Shown piece after piece: positions 49,048 to 59,526 of a DNA stretch of 64,000 bases. This stretch comes from Candidatus Eutrophobius brisbanensis (GTDB taxonomy: Bacteria > Pseudomonadota > Gammaproteobacteria > Eutrophobiales > Eutrophobiaceae): assembly GCA_038131795.1 (NCBI GenBank), contig JAYPQE010000003.1, forward strand, positions 525,691 through 589,690. The letters run 5' to 3'. Within the stretch, counting starts at the first letter, position 1. Every line of letters begins with the position of its first letter. A model generated the notes under the pieces. The model did no database searches, was not told where the DNA came from, and saw only the letters and a list, made by a program, of their open reading frames with translations. Made by a program: the position numbers and the translations under genes.

Positions 49048-49545
49048 AATGTTAATTGAAGTAGAAGGAGACATATTATTAACTGATGCTCAGGTTATTG
49101 TACATGGAATTGCGCCTAATGATCCCATGAACCAGGGATTGGCCCATGTCATTAAATGAGCGCTATCTCGCAATGCATAAAGATTTTCATCATTGGTGCC
49201 ATACTGCCCATCCAAAACATGGCGAGGCATAGTTATGGGGTGGGGCTGATGGGATAAAGATCATCAATTTATTGACCCAGGAAGGTGGCTATGGTGCCAA
49301 TAAAAACCCTGGAAAGGCAACCGAGGAAACGTAAATCATGCACTGCGTGCACTCAAAAAGATTCTTATAAAAGAAAAATTTGAATCAGTGGCATTGCCGA
49401 AATTAGCAACCGGAGTGGGTGGTCTGGACTGGAATCAGGTTTATCCTTTAACTAAATCTCAATTAGGTGAGTTGGAAATTCCAGTTTATGTTAATGTGGT
49501 TTTCCACCAGGGACAAAAGGCAATGGAAAAGGGGGGGAGAATGTC
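49048..49545 (+). pseudogene. Macro-domain (ADP-ribose-binding/O-acetyl-ADP-ribose deacetylase-like) gene disrupted by stops and frameshifts
   Basis: 'MLIEVEGDILLTDAQVIVHGIAPNDPMNQGLAHVIK*', then in other frames '..ALPKLATGVGGLDWNQVYPLTKSQLGELEIPVYVNVVF'. These are the conserved N- and C-terminal macro-domain blocks. A G7 tract lies at ~49531. No ORF of 60 aa or more. Confidence 0.5.
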
Positions 49546-49706
49546 TAATGCAGTGCTGTAATTCCCGCTGATGTAGGCTGCGCGAACTTAATCATGGGTT
49601 TGAGCGTACACCGAGCCCTAAGCTAATAACTGCCAGCATATAATAAGAAAAATTGTATTAATGATTTGTTTAATAGCTCGACATTCGCGACTCTCAATTT
49701 AGGATT

Positions 49707-50564
49707 CTATACCATTTCTCTGGCCATTCTAAATATTTCATCCACATCCAGTTCCAGATCATTTTGTTCAAATAATCTTCCAATACATTTGCGTTGTAAT
49801 GCAAGCTTTAAGGGACCGAAGCCAATTGATCCCCAGGTGGTTTTACCATGACGCGATTCAGCCTTATCAGTCATTTTTATACCTTTTATCCCTGCGGGTG
49901 GGACAGCGTTGGCGTCAACCAGGACTTCAATATTTGGATTATCTTTCCAGTCGTTTTCATCCAGTAAACTAACACCGGCGGCACCTGTTGCAAGGACAAT
50001 TTGTGCATTTTCTATCAATTTTGCCCTGTTTTCATTGGTTTTGGCCTCTTGAGGCTGAATATCGACAGAAAAACGTCTTTTCAGGTAGTCGCAAGCCTGC
50101 TGGGAACGTTCCATTCCTCTTGATGAGATAATCACATTGGCCCCTAATTTTGACATGATTACAGCGGCCCTTCCTCCTACAGGCCCAGTACCTGCAAGTA
50201 TAACGGCGATTTTTCCTGAGATATCGCCAGATTTTAATATACTGGCAACTGCAGCTGCCGCAGTGGTATTACAACCATTACTATCCAGCATGATAGATAC
50301 CCTAAAACTGTCAAAGAAGTTTTTACGTATAGCTTCATACAGGGAATCGCCAGATGTGATATCGCTGCCACCTACAAACAGCGCGGTATTTTTTTTGTTG
50401 GATCCTGAGCGGGTAAATATTGCCCCTTCCACCAGGGGGGTGATCATATCCGCATGACAGTTGGCGTATGCTGTAACATGATCTGCACCGCCATCGTATG
50501 CAACAACATTATCAAATACTGACGGTTGAGAGTCTGTGTCAAGTTGGTATAGAAGTTTTTTCAT
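49707..50564 (-). CDS. NAD(P)-dependent methylene-tetrahydromethanopterin/tetrahydrofolate dehydrogenase (MtdA/MtdB family)
   Basis: 'MKKLLYQLDTDSQPSVFDNVVAYDGGADHVTAY', 'FRVSIMLDSNGCNTTAAAAVA', 'AVILAGTGPVG', 'LKLALQRKCIGRLFE' align closely with methylotroph MtdA/MtdB. Confidence 0.85.
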   Translation of the reverse strand: MKKLLYQLDTDSQPSVFDNVVAYDGGADHVTAYANCHADMITPLVEGAIFTRSGSNKKNTALFVGGSDITSGDSLYEAIRKNFFDSFRVSIMLDSNGCNTTAAAAVASILKSGDISGKIAVILAGTGPVGGRAAVIMSKLGANVIISSRGMERSQQACDYLKRRFSVDIQPQEAKTNENRAKLIENAQIVLATGAAGVSLLDENDWKDNPNIEVLVDANAVPPAGIKGIKMTDKAESRHGKTTWGSIGFGPLKLALQRKCIGRLFEQNDLELDVDEIFRMAREMV

Positions 50565-50722
50565 AACATATCAGGTATTTTTTTAGGCCATTATACGGTA
50601 ATTCATTCAGCACTGGTCAAACTGGTGTTATTTTTTTTATTATACCGAGATTGCAGTTTGTATTTGAAAGAAACAATTTTGATTAATTAACATCACTCAA
50701 GAGTGATAAACAGGAAGATTAA

Positions 50723-51352
50723 ATGATAAAAGATAGCAGTATTGAGCAGTTTCTAGAAGATCTGGCTGGTAAATCATCTACCCCAGGCGGCGGAAGTGCA
50801 GCAGCTGTGATAGGGGCAATGGGCGCTGCCCTGGTGAGTATGGTGGCGAATTTTACTGCCGGGAAAAAAGGATATGAGGATGTGAATGATGAAATGGTTT
50901 CGGTATTGTCACGATCAGAAAAATATCGCGATGAGTTTGTTGGAATGATACAGGCAGATGTCGATGTGTTTAATGGCGTAATGGCTGCGTATGGGATGCC
51001 CCGTGAAACAGATGAAGAAAAAAGTAAACGTTCCGATGCCATTCAGGCGGCGTTAAAGAAGGCAACGGATGTGCCCTTGCAATGTGCCATGTTGTGTCTG
51101 GATGTCATTGAACTATCAAGGCAGGTAGCAGAAAAAGGCAATAAGAATGTAATCAGTGATGCAGGAGTCGCAGTATTGGCCGCGGAAGCGGCATTGGGCA
51201 GTGCTGCATTAAATGTTTATATCAATATCGCAAATATCAAAGATAAAGAATTTGCCACAGATAGAAGAAAGCGGCTGGAAGGTATTCTCACTGCCAGTGG
51301 ACCGTTGACTGAAGAGGTTTATACACTGGTAAAACAAAAAGTAGAAGGGTAG
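50723..51352 (+). CDS. fch: Methenyltetrahydrofolate cyclohydrolase (Fch; formiminotransferase-cyclodeaminase family)
   Basis: 'FLEDLAGKSSTPGGGSAAAVIGAMGAALVSMVANFTAGKK' matches the Fch/cyclodeaminase N-terminus. Divergent partner of mtd, as in methylotrophs. Confidence 0.85.
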   Translation: MIKDSSIEQFLEDLAGKSSTPGGGSAAAVIGAMGAALVSMVANFTAGKKGYEDVNDEMVSVLSRSEKYRDEFVGMIQADVDVFNGVMAAYGMPRETDEEKSKRSDAIQAALKKATDVPLQCAMLCLDVIELSRQVAEKGNKNVISDAGVAVLAAEAALGSAALNVYINIANIKDKEFATDRRKRLEGILTASGPLTEEVYTLVKQKVEG

Positions 51353-51371
51353 TCTGGATTTAAGGCACAGA

Positions 51372-52211
51372 CTATTTTTCTATTCGCATTGAAAAATCTA
51401 TTGCCCTGACATTTTTTGTCAGCGCGCCCACTGATATAAAATTAACGCCGGTTTCTGCAAATGATCTAATGGTATCGTGGGTAACGCCTCCTGATACTTC
51501 CAGTGTGGCCCTTCCGGCACAAATGGAGACGGCCTGTGACATCATTTCCAGACTAAAGTTATCAAGCAGGACCTGGTTTGCACCAGCATCTAATGCCTGG
51601 TGTAGTTCATCAATAGATTCAACCTCTATCTCTACATTATCGTGAATTTCAATGGCGTTTTTATATGCATTTGCGATGCTTCCAGCAGCTTCGATATGGT
51701 TTTCCTTAATGAGTATGGCATCAAATAAGCCCATGCGGTGATTTTTTCCGCCCCCGCAGACAACGGCATATTTCTGGGCGGTTCGTAATCCGGGTATGGT
51801 TTTGCGTGTGTCCAGTAATTGGGTTTTGGTGCCATCTATTAATTGTAAGTATTCATGCGCAACCGTTGCTGTTCCAGATAGCAGCTGGATAAAGTTTAAT
51901 GCAGTACGTTCTCCTGTTACCAGGACCCTGGTGTTACCCTCCAGGGTGCATATGGTTGTATTTTTTTTGAGCAAATCACCATCTGAAACATTCCAGGTAA
52001 TATTAAATTTCAGGTCTAATTGCCGGTAGACTTCATTAAACCAGGGTATACCACACATTATGGCATTTTCACGGCAGGTGACCAGGGCCGATGAATGTGA
52101 ATCTTCAGGCAATAGTTGTGAGGTGAGATCCCCTTTGCCAATATCTTCTTCCAGGGCTGCTTTAACAGTCTTTGATATATCTTCAGGGATTGTCATGTGG
52201 TTCATTATCAT
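51372..52211 (-). CDS. nadC: Nicotinate-nucleotide pyrophosphorylase (quinolinate phosphoribosyltransferase)
   Basis: 'VKAALEEDIGKGDLTS', 'RKTIPGLR', 'ILIKENHI', 'ILLDNF' are QPRTase motifs. Confidence 0.9.
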   Translation of the reverse strand: MIMNHMTIPEDISKTVKAALEEDIGKGDLTSQLLPEDSHSSALVTCRENAIMCGIPWFNEVYRQLDLKFNITWNVSDGDLLKKNTTICTLEGNTRVLVTGERTALNFIQLLSGTATVAHEYLQLIDGTKTQLLDTRKTIPGLRTAQKYAVVCGGGKNHRMGLFDAILIKENHIEAAGSIANAYKNAIEIHDNVEIEVESIDELHQALDAGANQVLLDNFSLEMMSQAVSICAGRATLEVSGGVTHDTIRSFAETGVNFISVGALTKNVRAIDFSMRIEK

Positions 52212-52226
52212 TAAGTAATATCTAGA

Positions 52227-53591
52227 TTAGTCAGATGATTTTGCAAAATAATCACGGGTCACCTGAAATATTACCGGGCTAAGAAGTAACAGGGCAATTA
52301 GATTTGGAATCGCCATTAAACCATTTAAGGCATCCGCCAGTAGCCATACAAATTCCAGTTCAAACGTGGATCCAATAAACACTGCGCTGACCCATGCAAT
52401 TCTAAATGGTTTTATAATTTTGATACCGAACAGATATTCTCCACAGCGTTCGCCATAATAACTCCAGCCCAGCATCGTAGTGAATGCAAAGACCAGGATG
52501 CCGAAAGATACAATGTATTGGCCGAACCCGGGCATTCCGGTCTCAAATGCGAGAGAGGATAAGGGTGCACCAGTCACACCACTGTCCCAAACACCGGTTA
52601 GAATGATGACCAGTGCCGTCATGGTGCAAACGATAATGGTATCGATGAATGTTCCTAACATGGCAATCAGTCCCTGTCTCACCGGGTCTCTGGTCCTGGC
52701 GGCAGCGTGGGCTATGGGGGCACTTCCCAGACCTGATTCGTTTGAGAATATTCCCCTGGCCACCCCCCATCTGATGGCCATCATTATTGTGGCTCCGGCA
52801 AAGCCGCCACTGGCAGCCGTCCCATTAAATGCGCTCTGGACTATCAGGACAATTGCATCAGGTATACCGCTGATATTGATTAAAATGATGACCAATGCGC
52901 CCGCAAAATATGCAATAGCCATAATGGGGACTATTTTGCCCGCAACTTCAGCAATTCGTTTGATCCCTCCCAGAATAACGCTGGCAACAAGAATTGCCAT
53001 AACCAATCCACTGATCCATGGAGTGATATTAAACGTATTGTGGATTTCGTCTGCGACACTGTTGGATTGGACCATATTTCCTAAACCGAATCCGGCAATC
53101 ATTCCAAAAAAAGCAAAAGCACCGCCTAACCAGTGCCATTGTTTTTTCAGGCCATTTTTTATGTAGTACATTGGGCCGCCGACATAGTTTCCAATTTCAT
53201 CCACTTCCCTGTATTTCACTGCGAGTACCGCTTCGGCATACTTGGTGGCCATGCCAAACAGGGCGATAACCCACATCCAGAAGATGGCCCCAGGACCACC
53301 GAAATAGATTGCTGTAGCAACCCCTGCAATATTACCGGTGCCTATGGTTGCGGATAATGCTGTCATCAAGGCCTGGAAAGGGGAGATGTCACCTGATTCA
53401 TCTGCATCTGCCTTGCGGCCTTTCCACAATAGTCCAGTGGCATAAAGCAGTTTACGCCAGGGAAGAAAATACAGACCGATAGTCAGATATATGCCCACCA
53501 GGCCTAGCAGCGGGATAAGCAATGGGAAGCCCAGTCTGTCACCCCACAAAATACCATTAATTAAATCGATTAGGTTGTTAATTAGATCCAT
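52227..53591 (-). CDS. agcS: Sodium:alanine (amino acid:cation) symporter, AGCS family
   Basis: 'ALSATIGTGNIAGVATAIYFGGPGAIFWMWVIALFGMATKYAE' is the AGCS signature region. 454 aa polytopic. Confidence 0.85.
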   Translation of the reverse strand: MDLINNLIDLINGILWGDRLGFPLLIPLLGLVGIYLTIGLYFLPWRKLLYATGLLWKGRKADADESGDISPFQALMTALSATIGTGNIAGVATAIYFGGPGAIFWMWVIALFGMATKYAEAVLAVKYREVDEIGNYVGGPMYYIKNGLKKQWHWLGGAFAFFGMIAGFGLGNMVQSNSVADEIHNTFNITPWISGLVMAILVASVILGGIKRIAEVAGKIVPIMAIAYFAGALVIILINISGIPDAIVLIVQSAFNGTAASGGFAGATIMMAIRWGVARGIFSNESGLGSAPIAHAAARTRDPVRQGLIAMLGTFIDTIIVCTMTALVIILTGVWDSGVTGAPLSSLAFETGMPGFGQYIVSFGILVFAFTTMLGWSYYGERCGEYLFGIKIIKPFRIAWVSAVFIGSTFELEFVWLLADALNGLMAIPNLIALLLLSPVIFQVTRDYFAKSSD

Positions 53592-53606
53592 AGTTACCAG
53601 GCCCAG

Positions 53607-54191
53607 TTATTTTTGCTGTGTAAGCACAAGTTCACCATTTGCATGTGAAAATGTTAGTTTATCGAGAAAGCTCATCCCTAACAGGATAACGTTCTCGTCC
53701 ATATATGGATTAATACTAGCACGGACATCATGTAAAATAATATCGCCTAGTTTTATCGAATCTACCCGAGTTGAGTATACGGTGATAGTGCCATTGGCAG
53801 TGGTGGCATTGATATTCGCGCCCCTGACTAATCCAAGTTGCTCCGCTATGTTACCCGGTATACTGACATCGGTTGCGCCCGTATCAACAATAATGTCAAC
53901 AGGGAACTGATTAATAAATGCCGTGGCGACATAATGTCCCGAACGGTTTTGCTTAAGCTTGATTTCAGTTTTTTCCTGATACTGCAGGCTTTGGATAGAT
54001 TGATTTGGGTTTGATTGACGTTGCAGATAGTTACTAAAGATAAATGTCAGCATCCCCAGAACAATAATCCAGGCGAATATTGTCATCCTTGTGCCAATTT
54101 TTTTATTAAAATTGTTGCCAGATTGTTTTTCATTCCACATAAGTTTATAACCAGGGCAATTACAGCATTTATAGCTTAAAATTATACTCAA
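53607..54191 (-). CDS. Membrane-anchored retropepsin-like aspartic protease (TIGR02281 family)
   Basis: N-terminal TM. 'VDIIVDTGATDVSIP' (D-T/S-G-A catalytic motif). 194 aa. Confidence 0.7.
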   Translation of the reverse strand: MSIILSYKCCNCPGYKLMWNEKQSGNNFNKKIGTRMTIFAWIIVLGMLTFIFSNYLQRQSNPNQSIQSLQYQEKTEIKLKQNRSGHYVATAFINQFPVDIIVDTGATDVSIPGNIAEQLGLVRGANINATTANGTITVYSTRVDSIKLGDIILHDVRASINPYMDENVILLGMSFLDKLTFSHANGELVLTQQK

Positions 54192-54272
54192 ATGCTTTCA
54201 TACTATCTTTAAATGTATTGTGGTCAATATATCAGGAGATGACAAATAGAACTGGACAGTAAAAAACAGTGG

Positions 54273-54794
54273 TTGAAGAATATTCGACGAGTAACCTCAC
54301 CAAACTGTGACCAGCGACCGGACAACACACAGGTGTCGCTTCTTGTTGTTCACGGGATCAGCCTGCCACCAGGACGGTATGGTGGCCGGTATATTGAACA
54401 ATTATTTACGAACTGCCTGAATGTAGATGACCATGAGTATTTTGAGCAAATTCAACATTTGCGTGTGTCAGCACATTTATTGATAGATAGAAAAGGCGAT
54501 ATGATTCAATTTGTCCCATTTGATAAACGTGCCTGGCATGCGGGTGAATCAGTATTTGATAATTGTCCAAATTGTAATGACTTTTCAATTGGTATTGAAT
54601 TGGAAGGTGTAGACGATGCACCGTATGAGCCAATCCAGTATTCTCGTTTATCACAGGCTGCAAGGGTAATTATGAAACATTGGCCTGGTATTACCAGGAG
54701 TAGAATAACGGGGCACAGCGATATATCACCGGGAAGAAAAACTGACCCAGGACCTCATTTTAACTGGGATTATTTTTATAAATGTCTGGATTAG
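54273..54794 (+). CDS. ampD: 1,6-anhydro-N-acetylmuramyl-L-alanine amidase
   Basis: 'RAWHAGES', 'SIGIELEG', 'TGHSDISPGRKTDPGPHF' are amidase_2/AmpD motifs. Confidence 0.85.
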   Translation: MKNIRRVTSPNCDQRPDNTQVSLLVVHGISLPPGRYGGRYIEQLFTNCLNVDDHEYFEQIQHLRVSAHLLIDRKGDMIQFVPFDKRAWHAGESVFDNCPNCNDFSIGIELEGVDDAPYEPIQYSRLSQAARVIMKHWPGITRSRITGHSDISPGRKTDPGPHFNWDYFYKCLD

Positions 54795-54830
54795 CGGTAT
54801 AATTCAAGCTTCCAGATACAGGATGACTAC

Positions 54831-55697
54831 ATGAACCTTATTAGTATATTGCTCGCATTGGCATTGGAATATTTTCTTGGGCCTATGGATCGATTTCGGA
54901 ATTTTCAATGGTTTGAAAATTATCTGAATTGGCTGGAATTAAAATGCCAATCATATTCATTCTGGGATGGTAATCTGGGTGTGTTAATCACAATCGGGCT
55001 ACCAATAACCGGCCTGTTGTTAGTCGATCTGTTACTGGGAGAGCTTTTTATTGGTCTGTCATTTATTTTATCTATATTGGTGTTTGTATATTGCCTGGGA
55101 CCAGACCTGAATATCTTATTGTCTAATTATACCCAGGCCCTGGAAGGTAATATAGAAGAAGATATTGCCGTCATCGAATCCAGCTTGAATTTAAATTCCG
55201 GAGAAAACCAATATGATGAAACACATACCATCTCCGCAATTCTAATTAAGTCTCATGAACACATATTCGGGGTATTGTTCTGGTTTATTATCCTGGGCAT
55301 GTCCGGTGCCTTGCTATTTAGCCTGTCACTGTTAGTGAGAAACCGCTACGAGGGTGTACACGGTGGATTCGCAACTGCAACTGGAGAACTATTTAAAATT
55401 CTAATCTGGCCTTCATCCAGGTTGTTAGCTGTAGGTTTTGCCATCAGTGGCAGTCTGGTGGATACCTTGGAGCGTTGGCGAAAAGTTGAAGGCGATACGC
55501 GTGAAGTCAGTCAGCAGATTATTTCAGAAAGTGGACTGGGGGCCCTGCAATATGAAGAGAATGAGGTTGCAGATTCAGATGAGGCCAAATCAAATTATAT
55601 ACAGTGCATTAAAGAAACCCAGGCCCTGATCAATAGAAGTTTGATTGTCTGGTTGACAATTTTGGGGTTGATGACGCTGGGCGGGATCCTGTCCTGA
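54831..55697 (+). CDS. ampE: AmpE-like inner-membrane regulatory protein (CobD-related)
   Basis: Polytopic membrane protein immediately downstream of ampD. Size ~288 aa as AmpE. Confidence 0.55.
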   Translation: MNLISILLALALEYFLGPMDRFRNFQWFENYLNWLELKCQSYSFWDGNLGVLITIGLPITGLLLVDLLLGELFIGLSFILSILVFVYCLGPDLNILLSNYTQALEGNIEEDIAVIESSLNLNSGENQYDETHTISAILIKSHEHIFGVLFWFIILGMSGALLFSLSLLVRNRYEGVHGGFATATGELFKILIWPSSRLLAVGFAISGSLVDTLERWRKVEGDTREVSQQIISESGLGALQYEENEVADSDEAKSNYIQCIKETQALINRSLIVWLTILGLMTLGGILS

Positions 55698-55702
55698 TGA
55701 CT

Positions 55703-56458
55703 TTAATCTTGACTGTGTTTTTGCAAGAAATTTTCAATACTTATTAATTCAATCTCATTACCCTTTTCAACCAGTATTTCACCTTTTCTATACCAGTCAC
55801 CCAGCACAATTCTTTGTCCTGGTTTGTTATCAATAATCAGATTATTAATACCAGGTTTGTGGGTATGACCGTGTACGAGTAATGTGGTCTTATGTTTACG
55901 CATCTTGTCCAATACCGTTTCTGGCTGGACATCCATAATGGTATCTTTTTTTGTCTTTTTATGGCGGCTCATGCTAGGTCTTATTCCGTGGGCAAGTCTG
56001 GTCCTGATGGAGTAAGGCAACAGTTTAATTAGAAACTGCACAAGGCTGTTGGTCATGACGTTGCGAAAGAGTTGATATTTCCAGTCCAGGGTGCAAAGTA
56101 AATCACCATGCATGATCAGGGCACTTTGACCCGCAATCATTACTTCTGATATATCTGGCAGGACGGTTACCCCGGAAATATTTTCAAAGTCGGATTGCAG
56201 TAGTAGTTCACGGTTGCCCCTTATGAAGTAGACTTGAATACCACTTTCAATACAGCTTCTTAATTTCAATAATATGTCAGGGTTAGGGGGAGTAATGTCA
56301 TCGTTCCCAACCCAGAACTCCTCAAACAGATCGCCCAGAATATAAATGGAGTCATACTGACCAACGATGAGGGTCAAGAGTCTATTAAACGCCTTTAGAT
56401 GTTCAGGACGTGCTGTGCTGAGGTGCAGATCGGATATAAACAAGGCCGACATAGTCAA
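55703..56458 (-). CDS. lpxH: UDP-2,3-diacylglucosamine hydrolase
   Basis: 'SALFISDLHL', 'YILGDLFEFW', 'GNRE', 'HGD' are calcineurin-like LpxH motifs. ppiB-lpxH adjacency as in E. coli. Confidence 0.85.
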   Translation of the reverse strand: MTMSALFISDLHLSTARPEHLKAFNRLLTLIVGQYDSIYILGDLFEEFWVGNDDITPPNPDILLKLRSCIESGIQVYFIRGNRELLLQSDFENISGVTVLPDISEVMIAGQSALIMHGDLLCTLDWKYQLFRNVMTNSLVQFLIKLLPYSIRTRLAHGIRPSMSRHKKTKKDTIMDVQPETVLDKMRKHKTTLLVHGHTHKPGINNLIIDNKPGQRIVLGDWYRKGEILVEKGNEIELISIENFLQKHSQD

Positions 56459-56521
56459 CCTGATAAATACCAGTTAGCCATCATTTACAGCTGGAGACAG
56501 TATTGAATAATGTAGTCTGTA

Positions 56522-57022
56522 TTATTCACTGATAATTTCAATTTTTTCAATCATAATCACGTCATTCGGAACGTCCTGATAACCAGAACGATTTGTTGTT
56601 GGTGATTCTTCTATTTTTTTAACGATATCCATTCCGTCAATCACTTTACCGAATACACAATATCCCCAGCCATCTTCCACCTTTCCACGATGATCCAGAA
56701 ATGCATTATCAGTCGTATTGATGAAAAACTGGGAAGATGCTGAATGCGGTTCCACAGTTCTTGCCATGGCTATGGTACCTTCAAGGTTACTAAGACCATT
56801 ATCAGCTTCATTTTCTATGGGGTCCATTGTGGACCTGGTATTCATTTCTGCATCAAGGCCTCCACCCTGGATCATAAAATCTTCAATCACGCGGTGAAAT
56901 ATCGTCCCTTCATAGTGACCGGATTCAATATAGGCTTTAAAATTTTCAACTGTTTTTGACGCTTTTTCCCTGTCCAGTTCCAATTGAATGTTGCCCATTG
57001 TGGTCAGAATTTGTATTTTCAT
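56522..57022 (-). CDS. ppiB: Peptidyl-prolyl cis-trans isomerase B (cyclophilin)
   Basis: 'HRVIEDFMIQGGG', 'GTIAMARTVEPHSASSQFFINT' cyclophilin motifs. 166 aa. Confidence 0.9.
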   Translation of the reverse strand: MKIQILTTMGNIQLELDREKASKTVENFKAYIESGHYEGTIFHRVIEDFMIQGGGLDAEMNTRSTMDPIENEADNGLSNLEGTIAMARTVEPHSASSQFFINTTDNAFLDHRGKVEDGWGYCVFGKVIDGMDIVKKIEESPTTNRSGYQDVPNDVIMIEKIEIISE

Positions 57023-57110
57023 CTTACTTCTCCGTGAATTTACTTAAGATATAATGATAACAATTTTTTCCTGATAGTGTTTCTTTTGCTAACATTCGCG
57101 CTTTGCTTTA

Positions 57111-58508
57111 TTGGAAAATAATGTGAGTTTGAAAATATACAATACCTTGACCAGGTCAAAACAGCACTTCGCGCCCATTGAATCTGGCAAAGTGAAAATC
57201 TATGTCTGCGGAATTACTGTATATGATTACTGCCATCTGGGACATGCCCGTATGTTACTGGTCTTTGATATGGTCACCCGCTATTTACGATCAAGAGGAT
57301 ATGATGTCACTTATGTTAGAAATATCACGGATATAGATGACAAAATTATCGCCAGGGCAAATGAGAATGGAGAATCCATTCAGTCATTAACCTCAAGATT
57401 CATTGATGCAATGATTGAGGATGAACAGGCATTGGGAATCATTCGGCCCGACATAGAGCCCAGGGCAACGGAATATATGGACCAGATTATTAAAATGATC
57501 CAGGCCCTGGAAAAAAATGGATATGGATATGCGGCAGAGAATGGCGATGTATTTTATGATGTCAGTCAGTATGAAAATTATGGCAAATTATCCGGTAAGC
57601 ATATAGAAGACCTGCGGGCGGGAGAACGGGTCAATATTCAGGAAGCCAAAGATGACCCATTAGATTTTGCATTGTGGAAAAATGCCAAGCCTGAAGAACC
57701 CAGTTGGGAGTCGCCATGGGGCAAAGGCAGACCAGGCTGGCATATAGAATGTTCCGCCATGTCAGTAAATACTCTGGGAGAGACTTTTGATATTCATGGT
57801 GGTGGACAGGACCTGCAGTTTCCTCATCATGAAAATGAAATTGCCCAGTCATGTGGGGCAACTGGCAAACCATTTGTTAAATTTTGGATGCATAATGGTT
57901 TTGTCAGGGTTGATGATGAAAAAATGTCAAAGTCATTGGGGAATTTTTTCACAGTCAGGGAAATCCTGAAGCAATACCCGCCGGAGGTCATACGGTTCTT
58001 TATTTTATCCAGTCATTACCGTAGTCCCCTGAATTATTCTGATGCGAACTTGAATGAGGCTAAGTCTGCATTAACCAGATTATATACATCGCTGCGTAAT
58101 GTCAGTACTGAAGGTATGGATTATCTGGATAACTATGTCCAGCGATTTACCGATGTTATGGACGATGACTTTAATACCCGAGAAGCCATTACCCTGTTGC
58201 ATGAAATTGCCCATGAACTAAATAAAGTGGATGATAAGGCTGGTGACCATTCCAGAAAACTGGCGGCAACGATCAGGTATCTGGGTGGTATTTTGGGACT
58301 GCTCCAGGAAAGCCCCGAGTCGTTTTTAACAGCGACTGACTCCAATGATGATTTGAGTACAGAAGTAATCAATAAATTGATTGAAGAACGTGCTACGGCA
58401 AAACAAAACAAGGACTATGCCAGGGCAGATGATATCCGCGATCAGCTGAGCGGGCAGGGCATAGTCATTGAAGACATGCCCTCAGGGACAGTCTGGCGCC
58501 GTTCCTGA
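57111..58508 (+). CDS. cysS: Cysteine--tRNA ligase
   Basis: HIGH '[13 protein letters not shown]', KMSKS 'KMSKSLGN', zinc ligands. The ORF-track start is TTG at 57111; the likely true start is GTG at 57123 or TTG at 57129 ('(M)KIYNTLTR'). Confidence 0.9.
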   Translation: MENNVSLKIYNTLTRSKQHFAPIESGKVKIYVCGITVYDYCHLGHARMLLVFDMVTRYLRSRGYDVTYVRNITDIDDKIIARANENGESIQSLTSRFIDAMIEDEQALGIIRPDIEPRATEYMDQIIKMIQALEKNGYGYAAENGDVFYDVSQYENYGKLSGKHIEDLRAGERVNIQEAKDDPLDFALWKNAKPEEPSWESPWGKGRPGWHIECSAMSVNTLGETFDIHGGGQDLQFPHHENEIAQSCGATGKPFVKFWMHNGFVRVDDEKMSKSLGNFFTVREILKQYPPEVIRFFILSSHYRSPLNYSDANLNEAKSALTRLYTSLRNVSTEGMDYLDNYVQRFTDVMDDDFNTREAITLLHEIAHELNKVDDKAGDHSRKLAATIRYLGGILGLLQESPESFLTATDSNDDLSTEVINKLIEERATAKQNKDYARADDIRDQLSGQGIVIEDMPSGTVWRRS

Positions 58509-58629
58509 TTGAAACATCTCGAAAATAGGTTAAAAATAACCATGAAATTGACGCTGCGAGCCTGCACGAGTATTATCGCATTCCCCATAACAATGGGACG
58601 ATTGATAAGAAGTTGGTAGCGCAATTTGT

Positions 58630-58705
58630 CGGGGCATAGCGCAGTCTGGTAGCGCATCTGCTTTGGGAGCAGAGGGTCGGGAGTTCGAATCTCTCTGCCC
58701 CGACC
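58630..58705 (+). tRNA. tRNA-Pro (anticodon TGG)
   Basis: 'CGGGGCATAGCGCAGTCTGGTAGCGCATCTGCTTTGGGAGCAGAGGGTCGGGAGTTCGAATCTCTCTGCCCCGACCA'. Anticodon loop TTTGGGA. Confidence 0.85.
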
Positions 58706-58756
58706 AATATATTATCCAAATACACGGATAAGAATTGTAGTGAAAGGCTTTGAATA

Positions 58757-58833
58757 GCGCCCGTAGCTCATCTGGATAGAGCATCGGCCTTCTAAGCCGA
58801 GGGTAGCAGGTTCGAATCCTGCCGGGCGCGCCA
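58757..58833 (+). tRNA. tRNA-Arg (anticodon TCT)
   Basis: 'GCGCCCGTAGCTCATCTGGATAGAGCATCGGCCTTCTAAGCCGAGGGTAGCAGGTTCGAATCCTGCCGGGCGCGCCA'. Anticodon loop CTTCTAA. Confidence 0.85.
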
Positions 58834-58878
58834 AAACAAAAATTACATGTCACTTAGTAACTTATGACAATTTTTAAT

Positions 58879-58955
58879 GGTGGGTGTAGCTCAGTTGGTA
58901 GAGCGCTGGATTGTGGCTCCGGAGGTCGTGGGTTCAAGCCCCATCACTCACCCCA
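58879..58955 (+). tRNA. tRNA-His (anticodon GTG, with G-1)
   Basis: 'GGTGGGTGTAGCTCAGTTGGTAGAGCGCTGGATTGTGGCTCCGGAGGTCGTGGGTTCAAGCCCCATCACTCACCCCA'. Anticodon loop TTGTGGC. Extra 5' G typical of tRNA-His. Confidence 0.85.
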
Positions 58956-59012
58956 TTTTTAAGATCAAAGTGAAAAGGAAATTAATTTTCACTTTTTACT
59001 TTAATTAAAATA

Positions 59013-59088
59013 GGGCCGTTAGCTCAGTTGGTAGAGCAGGGGACTCTTAATCCCAAGGTCATAGGTTCGACCCCTATACGGCCCACCA
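59013..59088 (+). tRNA. tRNA-Lys (anticodon CTT)
   Basis: 'GGGCCGTTAGCTCAGTTGGTAGAGCAGGGGACTCTTAATCCCAAGGTCATAGGTTCGACCCCTATACGGCCCACCA'. Anticodon loop CTCTTAA. Confidence 0.85.
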
Positions 59089-59170
59089 TTTTTTATCTGT
59101 AATCCTAAAGATTATTCTTTATAATCCCCTTTGAATTATAAAAATATTAAAAAGCAGTACGGGGGGGATT

Positions 59171-59524
59171 ATGAGCAAACAGCATTACGACCATATCCGA
59201 AATAATGAGAAATTTCAGGACCTGGTCGCCAGGCGTTCTAAACTGAGCTGGACACTGGCAGCATTAATATTAATTGTTTATTACAGCTTTATATTAGTCA
59301 TAGCATTCTCTCCTGATTTATTTGGTGTGCCTATAAGCGATGGTTCCACGATTACCTGGGGGATCATTATTGGCATATCAGTCATTCTATTTACCTTTGT
59401 GATTACCGGTGTGTATGTGCACAAGGCCAATACCAATTTTGATCAAATCCTACAGGATGTCGTCGATGCATCCTATGATTATGTTAATTCACAAAATCCA
59501 GAAGATAGTGAAAAGGGAGAGTAG
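59171..59524 (+). CDS. DUF485 (YjcH-like) small inner-membrane protein
   Basis: Two TM helices. Located immediately upstream of actP (yjcH-actP arrangement). Confidence 0.7.
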   Translation: MSKQHYDHIRNNEKFQDLVARRSKLSWTLAALILIVYYSFILVIAFSPDLFGVPISDGSTITWGIIIGISVILFTFVITGVYVHKANTNFDQILQDVVDASYDYVNSQNPEDSEKGE

Positions 59525-59526
59525 TT

